From Candidatus Omnitrophota bacterium (GTDB lineage Bacteria; Omnitrophota; Gorgyraeia; Gygaellales; Profunditerraquicolaceae), in NCBI GenBank assembly GCA_025453395.1, contig JALOQK010000001.1, forward strand, positions 166,313 to 230,312: a stretch of DNA of 64,000 bases, given 5' to 3'. How positions within the stretch are numbered: the first letter of the stretch is position 1; the number at the start of each line of letters is the position of its first letter. The notes under the pieces were generated by a model. The model was not told the DNA's origin. It saw only the letters and a program-made list of their open reading frames with translations, and searched no databases. The position numbers and the translations under genes are program-made. Positions 24,742 to 34,730 of the stretch are shown here, in pieces.

Positions 24742-26170
24742 TGTCAGCTATCAGCTTTCAGCTTTCAGCTTTCAGCTAAAAACTAAAAAAACAATCGCTA
24801 TAATTACCCTGATCCTATTCTTTATGGGAATGTGCCCGTCTCTTTTACTTTCCCAAGACCAGCAAGAAACAAAAACCGCATCTAATCTTATAAGCCTGAA
24901 TTTGCGCGATGTGAATATTGAAGACGCGCTTAAAGTGATCGCCCAGGCAAGCGGGATGAATGTCATCTTGGATAAAGACGTCAAAGCGACAGTAAATATC
25001 AACCTTAAAAACGTTACCTGGAATACCGCGCTTGACAATATCCTCAAAACCAACCAATTAACCTATAAAATACAGGAAAACATTATCCGGGTGATGACCT
25101 TAGATTCTTTGAAAAAAGAGGACGACACCCTTCCCCTGTCTTTAAAAATCATTTCGCTTAATTTTGCCAGGGCCGATGAAATACAAAAATCATTAACCAA
25201 AATGCTTTCTCCCCGCGGCAATATTGAAATAAACGCCTCCACAAATTCTCTGATCATAAGCGATTCGCAAGAAACATTCCCCAAGCTTGAAGAAGTAATC
25301 TCCAAGCTTGACACCCGCATCCCGCAGGTCATGGTAGAAACCCTGATCGTCAGTTTTAAAGGCAGCAACACCTACCGACAAGGCGTGGATATGACCCTTA
25401 TGAGCAACAAACACGGCACAGACCGCCAATATTGGCAATATCCTGTGGGCGATCAAAACGGAATGGCCGGAGTTATGGATTTTTCCTATGCCAAGCCTAT
25501 TCTATCAGGATTAGACCTAGCCAGCACCTTAAGGCTTTTTTCCGAAGATGCCCGGGTAAACATCCTGGCCAATCCTAAAGTAATGACCCTGGATAACAAA
25601 GAAGCCTCCATAGAAATTCTTGAACAAGTCCCTTATCAATCTCAATCTACCACAGAACAAGGAACCGTGGTCAGCACCTCATTTAAAGATGCTGGCTTAA
25701 AAATATTGGTTACCCCGCATATTACAAAAGATCAGTTTATCTCTTTAGCGGTAAAAGGCGAACACAGTTATATCGCAGCCTACGTTAATAACCAGCCGCA
25801 GATAGATGCCAGAAAAATAGAAACAAATTTCATGCTAAAAGACGGAGAAGTAGCGGTAATCGGTGGTTTACGTAAAAAAGACAAGACTTACACCGTAACT
25901 AAAGTCCCTGTCTTAGGGGATATCCCTTTTATCGGAAAGATTTTATTCAGTAAAATAGTCAAAACAGACGTAGATAATGAATTAATAATTTTTATCTCCC
26001 CGCACATCATGGAAACCAACCTAGCAAGCTCTTCCGAGCAGATAAATTACAAAGGCGCACATGAAGAATTAGTAGGCCTGACAAACAAGAAAAAAGAAGC
26101 ATTAAGAAATCAGGCTATTGAAAATTATTTTCAAACGCAGCAACCGCCTTCCCCAAGAAAGAAGCAATGA
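24725..26170 (+). CDS. pilQ: Secretin PilQ/GspD family
   Basis: ISLNLRDVNI (N0), N3 domain, ILANPKVMTLDN, VTPHI and KVPVLGDIPFIG; AGGAG RBS. Confidence 0.92.
   Translation: MQGKNSVSYQLSAFSFQLKTKKTIAIITLILFFMGMCPSLLLSQDQQETKTASNLISLNLRDVNIEDALKVIAQASGMNVILDKDVKATVNINLKNVTWNTALDNILKTNQLTYKIQENIIRVMTLDSLKKEDDTLPLSLKIISLNFARADEIQKSLTKMLSPRGNIEINASTNSLIISDSQETFPKLEEVISKLDTRIPQVMVETLIVSFKGSNTYRQGVDMTLMSNKHGTDRQYWQYPVGDQNGMAGVMDFSYAKPILSGLDLASTLRLFSEDARVNILANPKVMTLDNKEASIEILEQVPYQSQSTTEQGTVVSTSFKDAGLKILVTPHITKDQFISLAVKGEHSYIAAYVNNQPQIDARKIETNFMLKDGEVAVIGGLRKKDKTYTVTKVPVLGDIPFIGKILFSKIVKTDVDNELIIFISPHIMETNLASSSEQINYKGAHEELVGLTNKKKEALRNQAIENYFQTQQPPSPRKKQ
24744..24778. repeat. Tandem heptamer (TCAGCTW)x5 inside pilQ 5' coding region
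   Basis: TCAGCTA TCAGCTT TCAGCTT TCAGCTT TCAGCTA. Confidence 0.9.
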
Positions 26171-27189
26171 AAATGAAATTCCCTTTCTTCTCCAAAAAGC
26201 CCAGTAAGTCAATCGGCCTGGATATCGGAAGCTCCCAGCTAAAACTTATTGAGCTTGACGCGACAAAAAACTCGGCACAGGTTACATCCATGGCCATGCA
26301 GGATATCCGCCAGTCTAAAAACATATCCGATGAAATAAAAAAGATCTTTAACGATAATAAGATCTCCTCAAGCAAGGTCAACGTGGCTGTTTCCGGAGAT
26401 GGAGTGATCGCTCGGTATTTATCCATGCCCAAGATGAGTTATGATGAATTAAAAAAAGCCATAAGTTACGAGCTTGAGGAACATATACCCTTTAAGCCGG
26501 AAGAAGTATACACGGATTTCTTTATTACCGGAGAGGACACAACAGCTAAGAATAAAATGCATGTCTTTTTGGTAGCCACAAAAAAAGAGCTGTTGGACAA
26601 GTATATTTCAATGCTGGAAAAAGCGGAATTAACGCCCAAGATAATAACTATGGACGCGTTGTGTTTGATGAATATATTCTGCTTTAACTATCCTGATAAA
26701 ATAAAATCTAACGTTACAGTGCTGAATATAGGCGAGAGAACCACTAATCTTATTATCACCAGGGACAAAACTCCCTATTTTGTGCGCGATACCCGCTTTG
26801 GGGGAGAGACTGTTACCTCCATTATCCAGAATAAACTCAATATCGCTAAGGATGCCGCCGAAGAAATAAAATTAAAATTAAGTTCGCAGGATATAGAATT
26901 GGCCAAAACCATAAAAACCACACTAGCCACGCTTCTAAATGAAATATTTGTCTCTATTGATTTTTACGAAAACTTAACCGAGAAAAAGATTGATGAGATT
27001 TATCTGTCCGGTGGGTCATGCTTACTCTATGGCCTTAAGGAATTCCTAAGCGGATATTTGGGCATCCAAATCAACCCTCTTGACCCCTTCAAAAATATCA
27101 CCTTTGCGCCTTCCATAGCAAAAGAGAAGATCGCTGAACAAGCGCCTTTCATGGCAGTTGCCGCGGGTTTAGCCCTAGAAGAAGCATAA
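26167..27189 (+). CDS. pilM: Type IV pilus assembly protein PilM
   Basis: IGLDIGSSQLK, LNIGERTT, YLSGG and MAVAAGLAL (actin-like fold). Confidence 0.92.
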   Translation: MKMKFPFFSKKPSKSIGLDIGSSQLKLIELDATKNSAQVTSMAMQDIRQSKNISDEIKKIFNDNKISSSKVNVAVSGDGVIARYLSMPKMSYDELKKAISYELEEHIPFKPEEVYTDFFITGEDTTAKNKMHVFLVATKKELLDKYISMLEKAELTPKIITMDALCLMNIFCFNYPDKIKSNVTVLNIGERTTNLIITRDKTPYFVRDTRFGGETVTSIIQNKLNIAKDAAEEIKLKLSSQDIELAKTIKTTLATLLNEIFVSIDFYENLTEKKIDEIYLSGGSCLLYGLKEFLSGYLGIQINPLDPFKNITFAPSIAKEKIAEQAPFMAVAAGLALEEA

Positions 27190-27216
27190 TCCCAAACTTT
27201 ATAAAACGCAGGTTGA

Positions 27217-28431
27217 TTATTTATTTATAAGGGTGGTTAACTGGAATATCGGCATGAACATCGCCACCACAATAAAACCGATAGTTACCCCAAGAAAGGA
27301 AATTATCAAAGGTTCGATCATAGAGGTCATTTCAGACATAGAATCATTGACTTGCGTCTCGTAATAATCTGAAATCTTAGTAAGCATTCTTTCTAATTCG
27401 CCTGTCTGCTCTCCCACGGCTATCATCTTAACTACAAAAGGCGGGAATTTTCCGGTCTCTTCCATCGGCTCTGAAATATTCTCTCCCGCTCGCATGTTTG
27501 ACCTTATCTGCTCGGTAGCCATTTCAATTATTTTGTTTCCTGAAACCTTACCCGCTATTTCAAATGCCTCTAAAATACTTACCCCGCTTTTTACCAATGT
27601 TGCTAATGTGCGGGTAAAGCGACTAATGCAGATTTTACTTATAATCACCCCGAATATAGGCATTTTAAGCTTAAAACTGTCAAAATTTATCCTGCCTGAA
27701 GCAGAGCTGATATACCTGTTCAAGGCCACAATCCCCACAATTACAAGAATAAATAAAACAGGAAAATACCTAACGGATAGGTCGCTGGCTGTAATTAAAA
27801 ATTGGGTAGGAGCCGGAAGGTTTCCTCCCAGGCTAGTAAAGATATTCTTAAAAGTCGGTACCACCTTGATCATCAAGAAAGCTATAATAATGCCCGCCAT
27901 GCCTACAACCAGGGTAGGATAAGTCATGCTGGATTTTACTTTACGTGAAAGGTTTTCCGAACGCTCCAGATAATCTGCGACCCTCTCCAATATTTCATTA
28001 AGGCTGCCGCTTGATTCGCCGGCCTTGATCATGTTTGTGAATATCCCCGGAAATGCCTTGGGATATTTGGCGAAAGAGGCGGAAAGGCTGTTTCCAGACT
28101 CAATATCATTCTTAATGTTCACAATTATCTCTTTTAACTTAGGATTCTCCACTTGATCATGGAGCACATTTAAAGCTGTGATCAGGGATACTCCGGAATC
28201 AATAAGAGTAGCCAGCTGTCGGGAAAAAACAACCAAATCCATGGATTTTATCTTTGCCCCACCAAATGATAGGGAGCTAAATTTCTTTTGCCCCTCGCCT
28301 TCAAAAAGATCAATAATGGTCAAGCCCCGTTTCTTAAGCTCTTTAACGGCAGAGGATTTTTCTTGAGCTTCAATAACCCCGGTTATGGATTGGGCCTTTT
28401 GGTCGCGCGCAGTATAAGTAAATTTTGCCAT
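27217..28431 (-). CDS. pilC: T4P/T2SS inner-membrane platform protein PilC/GspF
   Basis: FSRQLATLIDSG, AGESSGSL, VGEQTGEL and IEP motifs. Confidence 0.93.
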   Translation of the reverse strand: MAKFTYTARDQKAQSITGVIEAQEKSSAVKELKKRGLTIIDLFEGEGQKKFSSLSFGGAKIKSMDLVVFSRQLATLIDSGVSLITALNVLHDQVENPKLKEIIVNIKNDIESGNSLSASFAKYPKAFPGIFTNMIKAGESSGSLNEILERVADYLERSENLSRKVKSSMTYPTLVVGMAGIIIAFLMIKVVPTFKNIFTSLGGNLPAPTQFLITASDLSVRYFPVLFILVIVGIVALNRYISSASGRINFDSFKLKMPIFGVIISKICISRFTRTLATLVKSGVSILEAFEIAGKVSGNKIIEMATEQIRSNMRAGENISEPMEETGKFPPFVVKMIAVGEQTGELERMLTKISDYYETQVNDSMSEMTSMIEPLIISFLGVTIGFIVVAMFMPIFQLTTLINK

Positions 28432-28445
28432 ATGCGGTTAAAGCC

Positions 28446-28913
28446 TTATTTGTAATATTCTTTTATCACCTTTAGAATCTGTTCCTTGGTTGCGATCATT
28501 GAAACCACCTTGCATCTTGAGCTTTTCTCAACCTCAATTACGGCTTCTTTATCTAAAGGATTGCCCATAGCAACCACAAGGACATTGCCTATTTTCTCCA
28601 AAGGGACGCAAAAATGTTTAGAAGCTATTTCTTTAGGGATAAGCTTTACCAAGTCTTTGGTTATTTTATATTTTTCAATGGGCATATAGATGATCTCCGA
28701 CTGATTAGCAAGCGCCATGCTTAAGGCCTCCTGTGAAATAAACCCCATCTCCACAAGCACCTCTCCCAACATGCCGCCTTTTTGCCTTTGCGCGATAAGC
28801 GCCTGATCAAGCTTTTCAGAAGATATGACCCCCTTATTAACTAAAAGCTGCCCTAAAAGGCTGGTCTTAGCGACAATGCGCTGGGAATGCTCTTGGCTCT
28901 TCCTTTTATACAT
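28446..28913 (-). CDS. Stand-alone MshEN / T2SSE_N domain protein
   Basis: LGQLLVNKGVIS..LDQAL..Q followed by LGEVLVEMGFIS, then LVVAMGNP; no ATPase domain. Confidence 0.82.
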   Translation of the reverse strand: MYKRKSQEHSQRIVAKTSLLGQLLVNKGVISSEKLDQALIAQRQKGGMLGEVLVEMGFISQEALSMALANQSEIIYMPIEKYKITKDLVKLIPKEIASKHFCVPLEKIGNVLVVAMGNPLDKEAVIEVEKSSRCKVVSMIATKEQILKVIKEYYK

Positions 28914-28986
28914 TATTCATCCCTTAAGATTTTACCTCTATAATATTATCTTATTTTGCCAAATATTGCAACACTATTCAACCGTT

Positions 28987-31900
28987 TCACGGCTTCTGCT
29001 CTTTTAGCAGCTCTGAAAGTACCTGCTTAGCAAAACTATCAGGCCTTTCCTGAAGCACATGGATAGCCTGTGAGCGGATATGTCCGGATTCATCCGAAGA
29101 ACAAGACGCGATAAGCTGGGCGCTTCTTAACCCCCGCATTTTGCTTAAAACAAAAATGGCTTTTCTTTTTATATTAATGTCGCTATGATTTAAAGCTGGG
29201 ACCAAGGCATCTAAGGCCTCCTCTCTATCCATCGCCCCCACAAGCTCAATTAAATTTTTTACTACCGCGATATGCACATCATTAAAACGCTCTGCGGGGA
29301 GAAAACGGCACACCAGGTCCACCGGCATAGATGCCAATATCTTCCCAATGGTATGACGGCGTAAATAAGCCTCAAAATATTTGCCTTCCGGAACACCTTT
29401 TTCACATAATGCTTCGTTAACGAGAAAACCTGCGGTGTAATCCTTAAGAAGCATAACCGGCTCTTGTATATCTTGCCAGTCTTTATTAGCGTCTATTCTT
29501 TCCAAAAGCTGCTGAACAAATCTCTCAGCAATAGGCTGGATGCTTTTCTGGGCGTCTTTTGCCGTTTTTTTATCTTCAGATAATAAAGACAACACCTGCT
29601 CCAGCAGCATCGCGTCTTTTTTATCTATTGCTATCTTAAGCAGCTTATCAAGGATGGGTTTTATTATTTCAACTATGAATTTCTTATTATCCTTAAAGTT
29701 TACATTAACCGCGGCAAAACAATCTTTAAGCAATTCTATTTCTGACCTATCAATTAAAATATCAAGCAGGTCTTTGACAAAGCTTAGGAACAGGCTTTCC
29801 GAAAGCGTCTTTTCATTAAACAGGCTTATTATCTTATCAAGCAGAATCTTAACCTTATCTCCGGATTTACTATCTAACAATTGTTTGACCAACAACGCAA
29901 TATCAAAAAGGCAAAGGATTTTTTTTAATTTACTGCCCGGCCAACTTAAGAAAGTATCCAATTTATCTCTTGGGTCTGTTTTTGCCCATAAAGACGGATC
30001 CAGAAACCAGTCGCATTCTTTTTGATTTGCCCCCAGATTTAAGAGTTTTCCCCTTATTACCGGAAGCAGATTTTCTTTTTGCTCCACAGAATTAATCAAA
30101 CGCTTCACTGTTTCATGGAATTTTCTTATATCTGTTTGCGGATTGGCATACTGCTTAATAAGCGTGTCCGTAATAACATCATCGGGCATTTTAAAACTTA
30201 ATTCCTTAACAATATCAACTCCTGCCGAGAAAGAAGCAGGCTTAGCCGAAGGGCCATTTGCTTCTTGCGTAACGTTTGGCCCGGATAAAATATTGGCCCT
30301 TAATGTCGGCTCCATGGAAAGAAGGGTCTTGGCCAGGCTTTCTTTATACTGCGGCCAATTCTTGTCCTGACCTAAGAATTTTTTGCCCATACGCTGAATG
30401 CTCTCGGACATGATCTGCGCTTTTACCTCTTCCTTGTCCCTGCCGGTCTTTGCGCTAACCTGATCCCCAATCTTATCTAACGCCTGCATGATATCTTGCG
30501 CGTGATTGGTAATCTTACCCTGGGGGTCAGTAGCCAAAGGCATTTTCCCCAAAAGATAGTCAATAAGCATAACTTCTTGCAGATTGTCCCTTTCGTGGAT
30601 ACGCTTGCTGGAAAGGTTATATATGGTTTCATGTATTTGTATATGGGTGAATTTACCCTCCCGCATAAGATGCGCTGCTGTTTCTTCGCCCTCGCGGGAG
30701 CCTTTACTTAATAATTCTATAAATAACGTAACTTCTTCAAGGGAAACTTCCTTAGCAAAAGAGGCATTCTCAATATTGACATCCTTAAAGAATTTCACCA
30801 GAGTATTAACAAAAAGGCCTGACAATTCTTTACCTATTCTGCGGTTATTAACGATAATACTCTGCCCTACGACAGCTATGCTTAAAACCCCCGCCTCATT
30901 AAAGATAACTGCCATCTTTTCAAAAAGGTTTTTTATGGAGCGCTGGACCATTTCATTTTGCGCGGGATACAAAATATAATTTTCAACCGCGATGCAAATA
31001 TTGCGTATAAAAGCGGGGATTTCCTGCCATGCCTTTTTGCTTAAAACAACAAGCATCTTATCCTGCACGGCATCCTTTAACAATGAATGGGCGTAATCTA
31101 TGGTGCGGTCATAAAAGATCCCCTTACCTTCGTCAATAATCTTCGCGTACTGTTTGGCGCGCAGGTCATCTTCAGCTTTCTTAAAGTGATAATACAATTC
31201 TCCGGCTATGCCGTTTATCTTATCGGGGTTTAGCTTTTCGGTAACCTTCCCCAAACGCGAATGCAAATCGCGCTCTTTAGCGCCTCCTAAAGCATCCAGA
31301 ATAACATTTCTTATTTTATTGGTAAAAAAACTAAATTCGTCTTTTCCTTGGACGCCTTTTTCATAAACTAAGCCTATTTTCTTGGCAGCCTCCACAAGAT
31401 CCAAAACATAACCCCTGTCTTCACTGTCGATCTTCTGCAGCAAATCTACCTGGAAATCTTCTCCGATGACAGCCGCCTTGGCAATCATATTGCGGGTGTC
31501 TTCATCCAAATCCTCAATACGGGAAATAATAGCTTTTTCTATAGAGCCTGGCAAATCGGCTTCATTGATATCCTTATAGGCCCAAGCGCCGGCGGAATAA
31601 TATATAAACCCTTTTTCAACCATATACTTAATAGACTCTTCAATAAAAAGCGGATTTCCCGCTGTTTTATTGTATAAAAGATCATAAAAACTATCCGGCA
31701 TGTTAAGGCCTTCAATAATGGACTCTACCATTTCTTGTGTTTTAGCTCTATCTAAACCGCTTAAAGACAATAGTTCAAACTGCCCGCCGGAGGCTTTAGT
31801 TTCCAGCAAGCCCTTAAGCGCGGAATCGCCAATTTGGGGAATAACCAGTTCTTCATTAGAAAACGCCCCGATAATAAGCGCCGGAAACCTTATTTTTTCC

Positions 31901-33009
31901 TGAATCATGGACGTAACAACTTGTAAACTATCCGGATCCATATACTGCATATCATCAAAAATAAAACACATCCTTCTGTCTTTGGAAATATTTATAATGA
32001 ATTTAACTAACGCTTGCGACAATAATTCTTTCTGGCCGGCCTGTTCATCATGTCCGATGTCATTTACAGGATGCGCTTTAATCAGTTCGGATAATCCGGG
32101 TATAAAATTAAATAAATAATCTCTTTCCTGCTGGGTAAGCCCTGCTAATGCGTCCGGGGTGAGAACTTCTATATTTGTCAGAAAACTATCTACGGCCTGA
32201 CCAATGGCGTGGAACGGCTGATGCAGCATCTTTTCTACGAGCCGCGCGCTTAAAATCCCTGGATTTACTGATATTGTTGAGGTGGCAGCTAATTTCTCAA
32301 AATTAGCCAAAAGCCTGCTTTTCCCGATACCAGAAGGGCCCTCTATTAAAAGCATGCGCTGCCCGCTTTGAGGCAGAGTATCCAAGGCGTAAATGAAACT
32401 ATTGGTTTCTTTTTCCCGGTTGATAAAAACAGGCGCGGGAAACCTTTCCATAAGGTTCTTTTTCCAAAAGGCTTCGCCGTCAATATCAGAAACAACCGCC
32501 ATGCAGTTCTTGCCTTTTTCCTTGGCCACATACAAGGCTTGATCCGCTAACTTTATAAGCCCAAGGTGTGTTTTGGCATGCGTTGGGAATCCGGCAATTC
32601 CAACGCTTACGGTAATATGGATATCTCTTCCGGAGGACGGCTCTTTAAACCTGTGTTCCGAGATCTTAGAGATAAGCCGTTGGGCGATGTTTTTAACAAT
32701 CTGCTCTTCAACATTAGGAAGGATCACTGTAAATTCATCGCCAGCGTATCTTATCCTTTTATCTACGGCCTTAGTATTATCTTTGATAATTCGGGAAAGC
32801 TCTTTTAAAAGCTGATCTCCTGTTAAGTGGCCATAGGTATCATTGATCATCTTAAAGCCGTCAACATCCAGCATAAACAGCCATATCTTATATCCTGCGC
32901 CCTCGGCTTCCTGTAAAGCTACCGGAAGATATGAATACAGATAGCGGCGGTTAAAAAATCCGGTAAGATCGTCTATATACGCTAAATTTTCATTGCTTTG
33001 GGAGTGCAT
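28987..33009 (-). CDS. Diguanylate cyclase (GGDEF-type) fused to STAND-like P-loop ATPase and C-terminal HEAT repeats
   Basis: DDLTGFFNRR, DVDGFKMINDTYGH, RYAGDEF and ADQALY; GPSGIGKS, FDDMQ and TAGNPLFIEE; HEAT-like C-terminus. Confidence 0.88.
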   Translation of the reverse strand: MHSQSNENLAYIDDLTGFFNRRYLYSYLPVALQEAEGAGYKIWLFMLDVDGFKMINDTYGHLTGDQLLKELSRIIKDNTKAVDKRIRYAGDEFTVILPNVEEQIVKNIAQRLISKISEHRFKEPSSGRDIHITVSVGIAGFPTHAKTHLGLIKLADQALYVAKEKGKNCMAVVSDIDGEAFWKKNLMERFPAPVFINREKETNSFIYALDTLPQSGQRMLLIEGPSGIGKSRLLANFEKLAATSTISVNPGILSARLVEKMLHQPFHAIGQAVDSFLTNIEVLTPDALAGLTQQERDYLFNFIPGLSELIKAHPVNDIGHDEQAGQKELLSQALVKFIINISKDRRMCFIFDDMQYMDPDSLQVVTSMIQEKIRFPALIIGAFSNEELVIPQIGDSALKGLLETKASGGQFELLSLSGLDRAKTQEMVESIIEGLNMPDSFYDLLYNKTAGNPLFIEESIKYMVEKGFIYYSAGAWAYKDINEADLPGSIEKAIISRIEDLDEDTRNMIAKAAVIGEDFQVDLLQKIDSEDRGYVLDLVEAAKKIGLVYEKGVQGKDEFSFFTNKIRNVILDALGGAKERDLHSRLGKVTEKLNPDKINGIAGELYYHFKKAEDDLRAKQYAKIIDEGKGIFYDRTIDYAHSLLKDAVQDKMLVVLSKKAWQEIPAFIRNICIAVENYILYPAQNEMVQRSIKNLFEKMAVIFNEAGVLSIAVVGQSIIVNNRRIGKELSGLFVNTLVKFFKDVNIENASFAKEVSLEEVTLFIELLSKGSREGEETAAHLMREGKFTHIQIHETIYNLSSKRIHERDNLQEVMLIDYLLGKMPLATDPQGKITNHAQDIMQALDKIGDQVSAKTGRDKEEVKAQIMSESIQRMGKKFLGQDKNWPQYKESLAKTLLSMEPTLRANILSGPNVTQEANGPSAKPASFSAGVDIVKELSFKMPDDVITDTLIKQYANPQTDIRKFHETVKRLINSVEQKENLLPVIRGKLLNLGANQKECDWFLDPSLWAKTDPRDKLDTFLSWPGSKLKKILCLFDIALLVKQLLDSKSGDKVKILLDKIISLFNEKTLSESLFLSFVKDLLDILIDRSEIELLKDCFAAVNVNFKDNKKFIVEIIKPILDKLLKIAIDKKDAMLLEQVLSLLSEDKKTAKDAQKSIQPIAERFVQQLLERIDANKDWQDIQEPVMLLKDYTAGFLVNEALCEKGVPEGKYFEAYLRRHTIGKILASMPVDLVCRFLPAERFNDVHIAVVKNLIELVGAMDREEALDALVPALNHSDINIKRKAIFVLSKMRGLRSAQLIASCSSDESGHIRSQAIHVLQERPDSFAKQVLSELLKEQKP

Positions 33010-33015
33010 ATTTTC

Positions 33016-34725
33016 TTAGTCCTTAGCTGTTACCCGATATACCTCTTCAAGGGTAGTAACCCCATTAAACACCTTTTCAAACCCGTCCTGACGCAAGGTA
33101 ATAAGCTTTCCGTTTTTTATCGCCTCATCCCTTACTTGCTCTAAAGGCACCTCTCTTATGACTTGGCTTTTAATATAATCGTCAACATTAAACGCTTCTA
33201 AAAGCGCGATCCTGCCCTTATATCCGGTATTTAAACAAGAATTGCATCCGCGGCCATGATAAAACTTTCCAGAACCTGTAACCTTAAGGCCCAATTCTTT
33301 GATCATAAATTCAGGAGCGTCAGTAAATTCCTCCTTGCAATTATCGCAGATCTTACGGCAGAGCCTCTGGGCGCAAACAAGAATAAGTGAAGACGCCACC
33401 AAATACCTCTCTACCCCCATATCAATAAGCCGGGCAAAGGCGCTTACTGAATCATTGGTATGAAGGGTGCTTAATATAAGTTGACCTATAAGCGAAGCCT
33501 TAATAGCGATATCCGCTGTTTCAGTATCGCGGATTTCTCCGATCATGATAATATCCGGGCTTTGCCTTAATACCCCGCGCAGCGCGGTGGCAAAGGTAAA
33601 ATCTATATCCGATCGTATATGCGTCTGGCCAATACCATCCAACTGATATTCAACCGGGTCCTCAATTGTAACCACATGGCGTTCCATAGTATTTAATTCT
33701 TTTAAAACCGAATAAAGCGTAGTAGATTTACCGCTTCCCGTGGGCCCGGTAATCAGGATCATCCCGTGGTCTTTAGACAAAGCTTCCTGCAAAAGCCTCA
33801 AAGACTGCTCTGAAAATCCCAGATCCGTTAAGCTGACCATTGCCTTAGCTTTATCCAGGATCCTTAAAACGAATTTTTCTCCGTAAATAGTGGGAAGCGA
33901 AGAAACACGGAAATCAATCTGTCTGCCATAGGCCACCAATGGGAACCTTCCGTCTTGAGGAAGATAAAATTTAGTAATATCAAGATTGGAAAGTATTTTT
34001 ATGCGCGCGGCAATGCCGCGTTGCACCTTTTTGGGCAGGCCATAAGCTTTGTGCATTATCCCGTCTATGCGGTAGCGCACAGTCAAATCTTCTTCTGTTG
34101 GTTCAAGATGTATATCTGACGCCCTCTGCTGAATAGCTTCGCCTATAATCCGGTTGACCGCCTCTACTATCGGGCCTTTCTGGCTTTCCTGAATAAGATC
34201 CGCGGAATCGCTATCATCCAATTCTTCAGTCCTTATGATCTGCATAGACTTTTCTTTTTCATCGTAAGCTAAAATTTCCGGAAGGCTTTGCAGCTGAGTG
34301 TAGAAATTATTAATGCAGTCATTGACCGCCTTTTCCTTAGCCAAAACCTGTTTTATTTCACACTTCAAAGAAAGGCGCAGGTTATCCAAAGTAATAATAT
34401 CCATGGGCTCCGCGATAGCCACAAGAAGGGTATCCCCTATCTTGTAAAGCGGCAGAAAAGAATATTTACGCACTATTTCTTCGGGAATAGAAGCTACAAG
34501 CCGCGGGTCAAGCTCATATTTGTAAGGATCAATAAAAGGCACATTCAAATGATACGCCACTAAAGAAAGAAGGTCTTCCTCATTAATAAAACCTTCAGAG
34601 ATAAGCACTTCTTTTATTTCCTTGCCGGTCTTTCTTTGAATAGAAATTGCCTTCTCTATATCTTCGGTGGTTATCTTATTGGCATCGGTTAAGATCTTGA
34701 TAAAATTTAATTTGGTTTTGCCCAT
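33016..34725 (-). CDS. pilB: T4P/T2SS assembly ATPase PilB/GspE
   Basis: ASDIHLEP, GPTGSGKS, TIEDPVE, LRQSPD, STLHTND and a tetracysteine Zn motif. Confidence 0.93.
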   Translation of the reverse strand: MGKTKLNFIKILTDANKITTEDIEKAISIQRKTGKEIKEVLISEGFINEEDLLSLVAYHLNVPFIDPYKYELDPRLVASIPEEIVRKYSFLPLYKIGDTLLVAIAEPMDIITLDNLRLSLKCEIKQVLAKEKAVNDCINNFYTQLQSLPEILAYDEKEKSMQIIRTEELDDSDSADLIQESQKGPIVEAVNRIIGEAIQQRASDIHLEPTEEDLTVRYRIDGIMHKAYGLPKKVQRGIAARIKILSNLDITKFYLPQDGRFPLVAYGRQIDFRVSSLPTIYGEKFVLRILDKAKAMVSLTDLGFSEQSLRLLQEALSKDHGMILITGPTGSGKSTTLYSVLKELNTMERHVVTIEDPVEYQLDGIGQTHIRSDIDFTFATALRGVLRQSPDIIMIGEIRDTETADIAIKASLIGQLILSTLHTNDSVSAFARLIDMGVERYLVASSLILVCAQRLCRKICDNCKEEFTDAPEFMIKELGLKVTGSGKFYHGRGCNSCLNTGYKGRIALLEAFNVDDYIKSQVIREVPLEQVRDEAIKNGKLITLRQDGFEKVFNGVTTLEEVYRVTAKD

Positions 34726-34730
34726 ATTTT

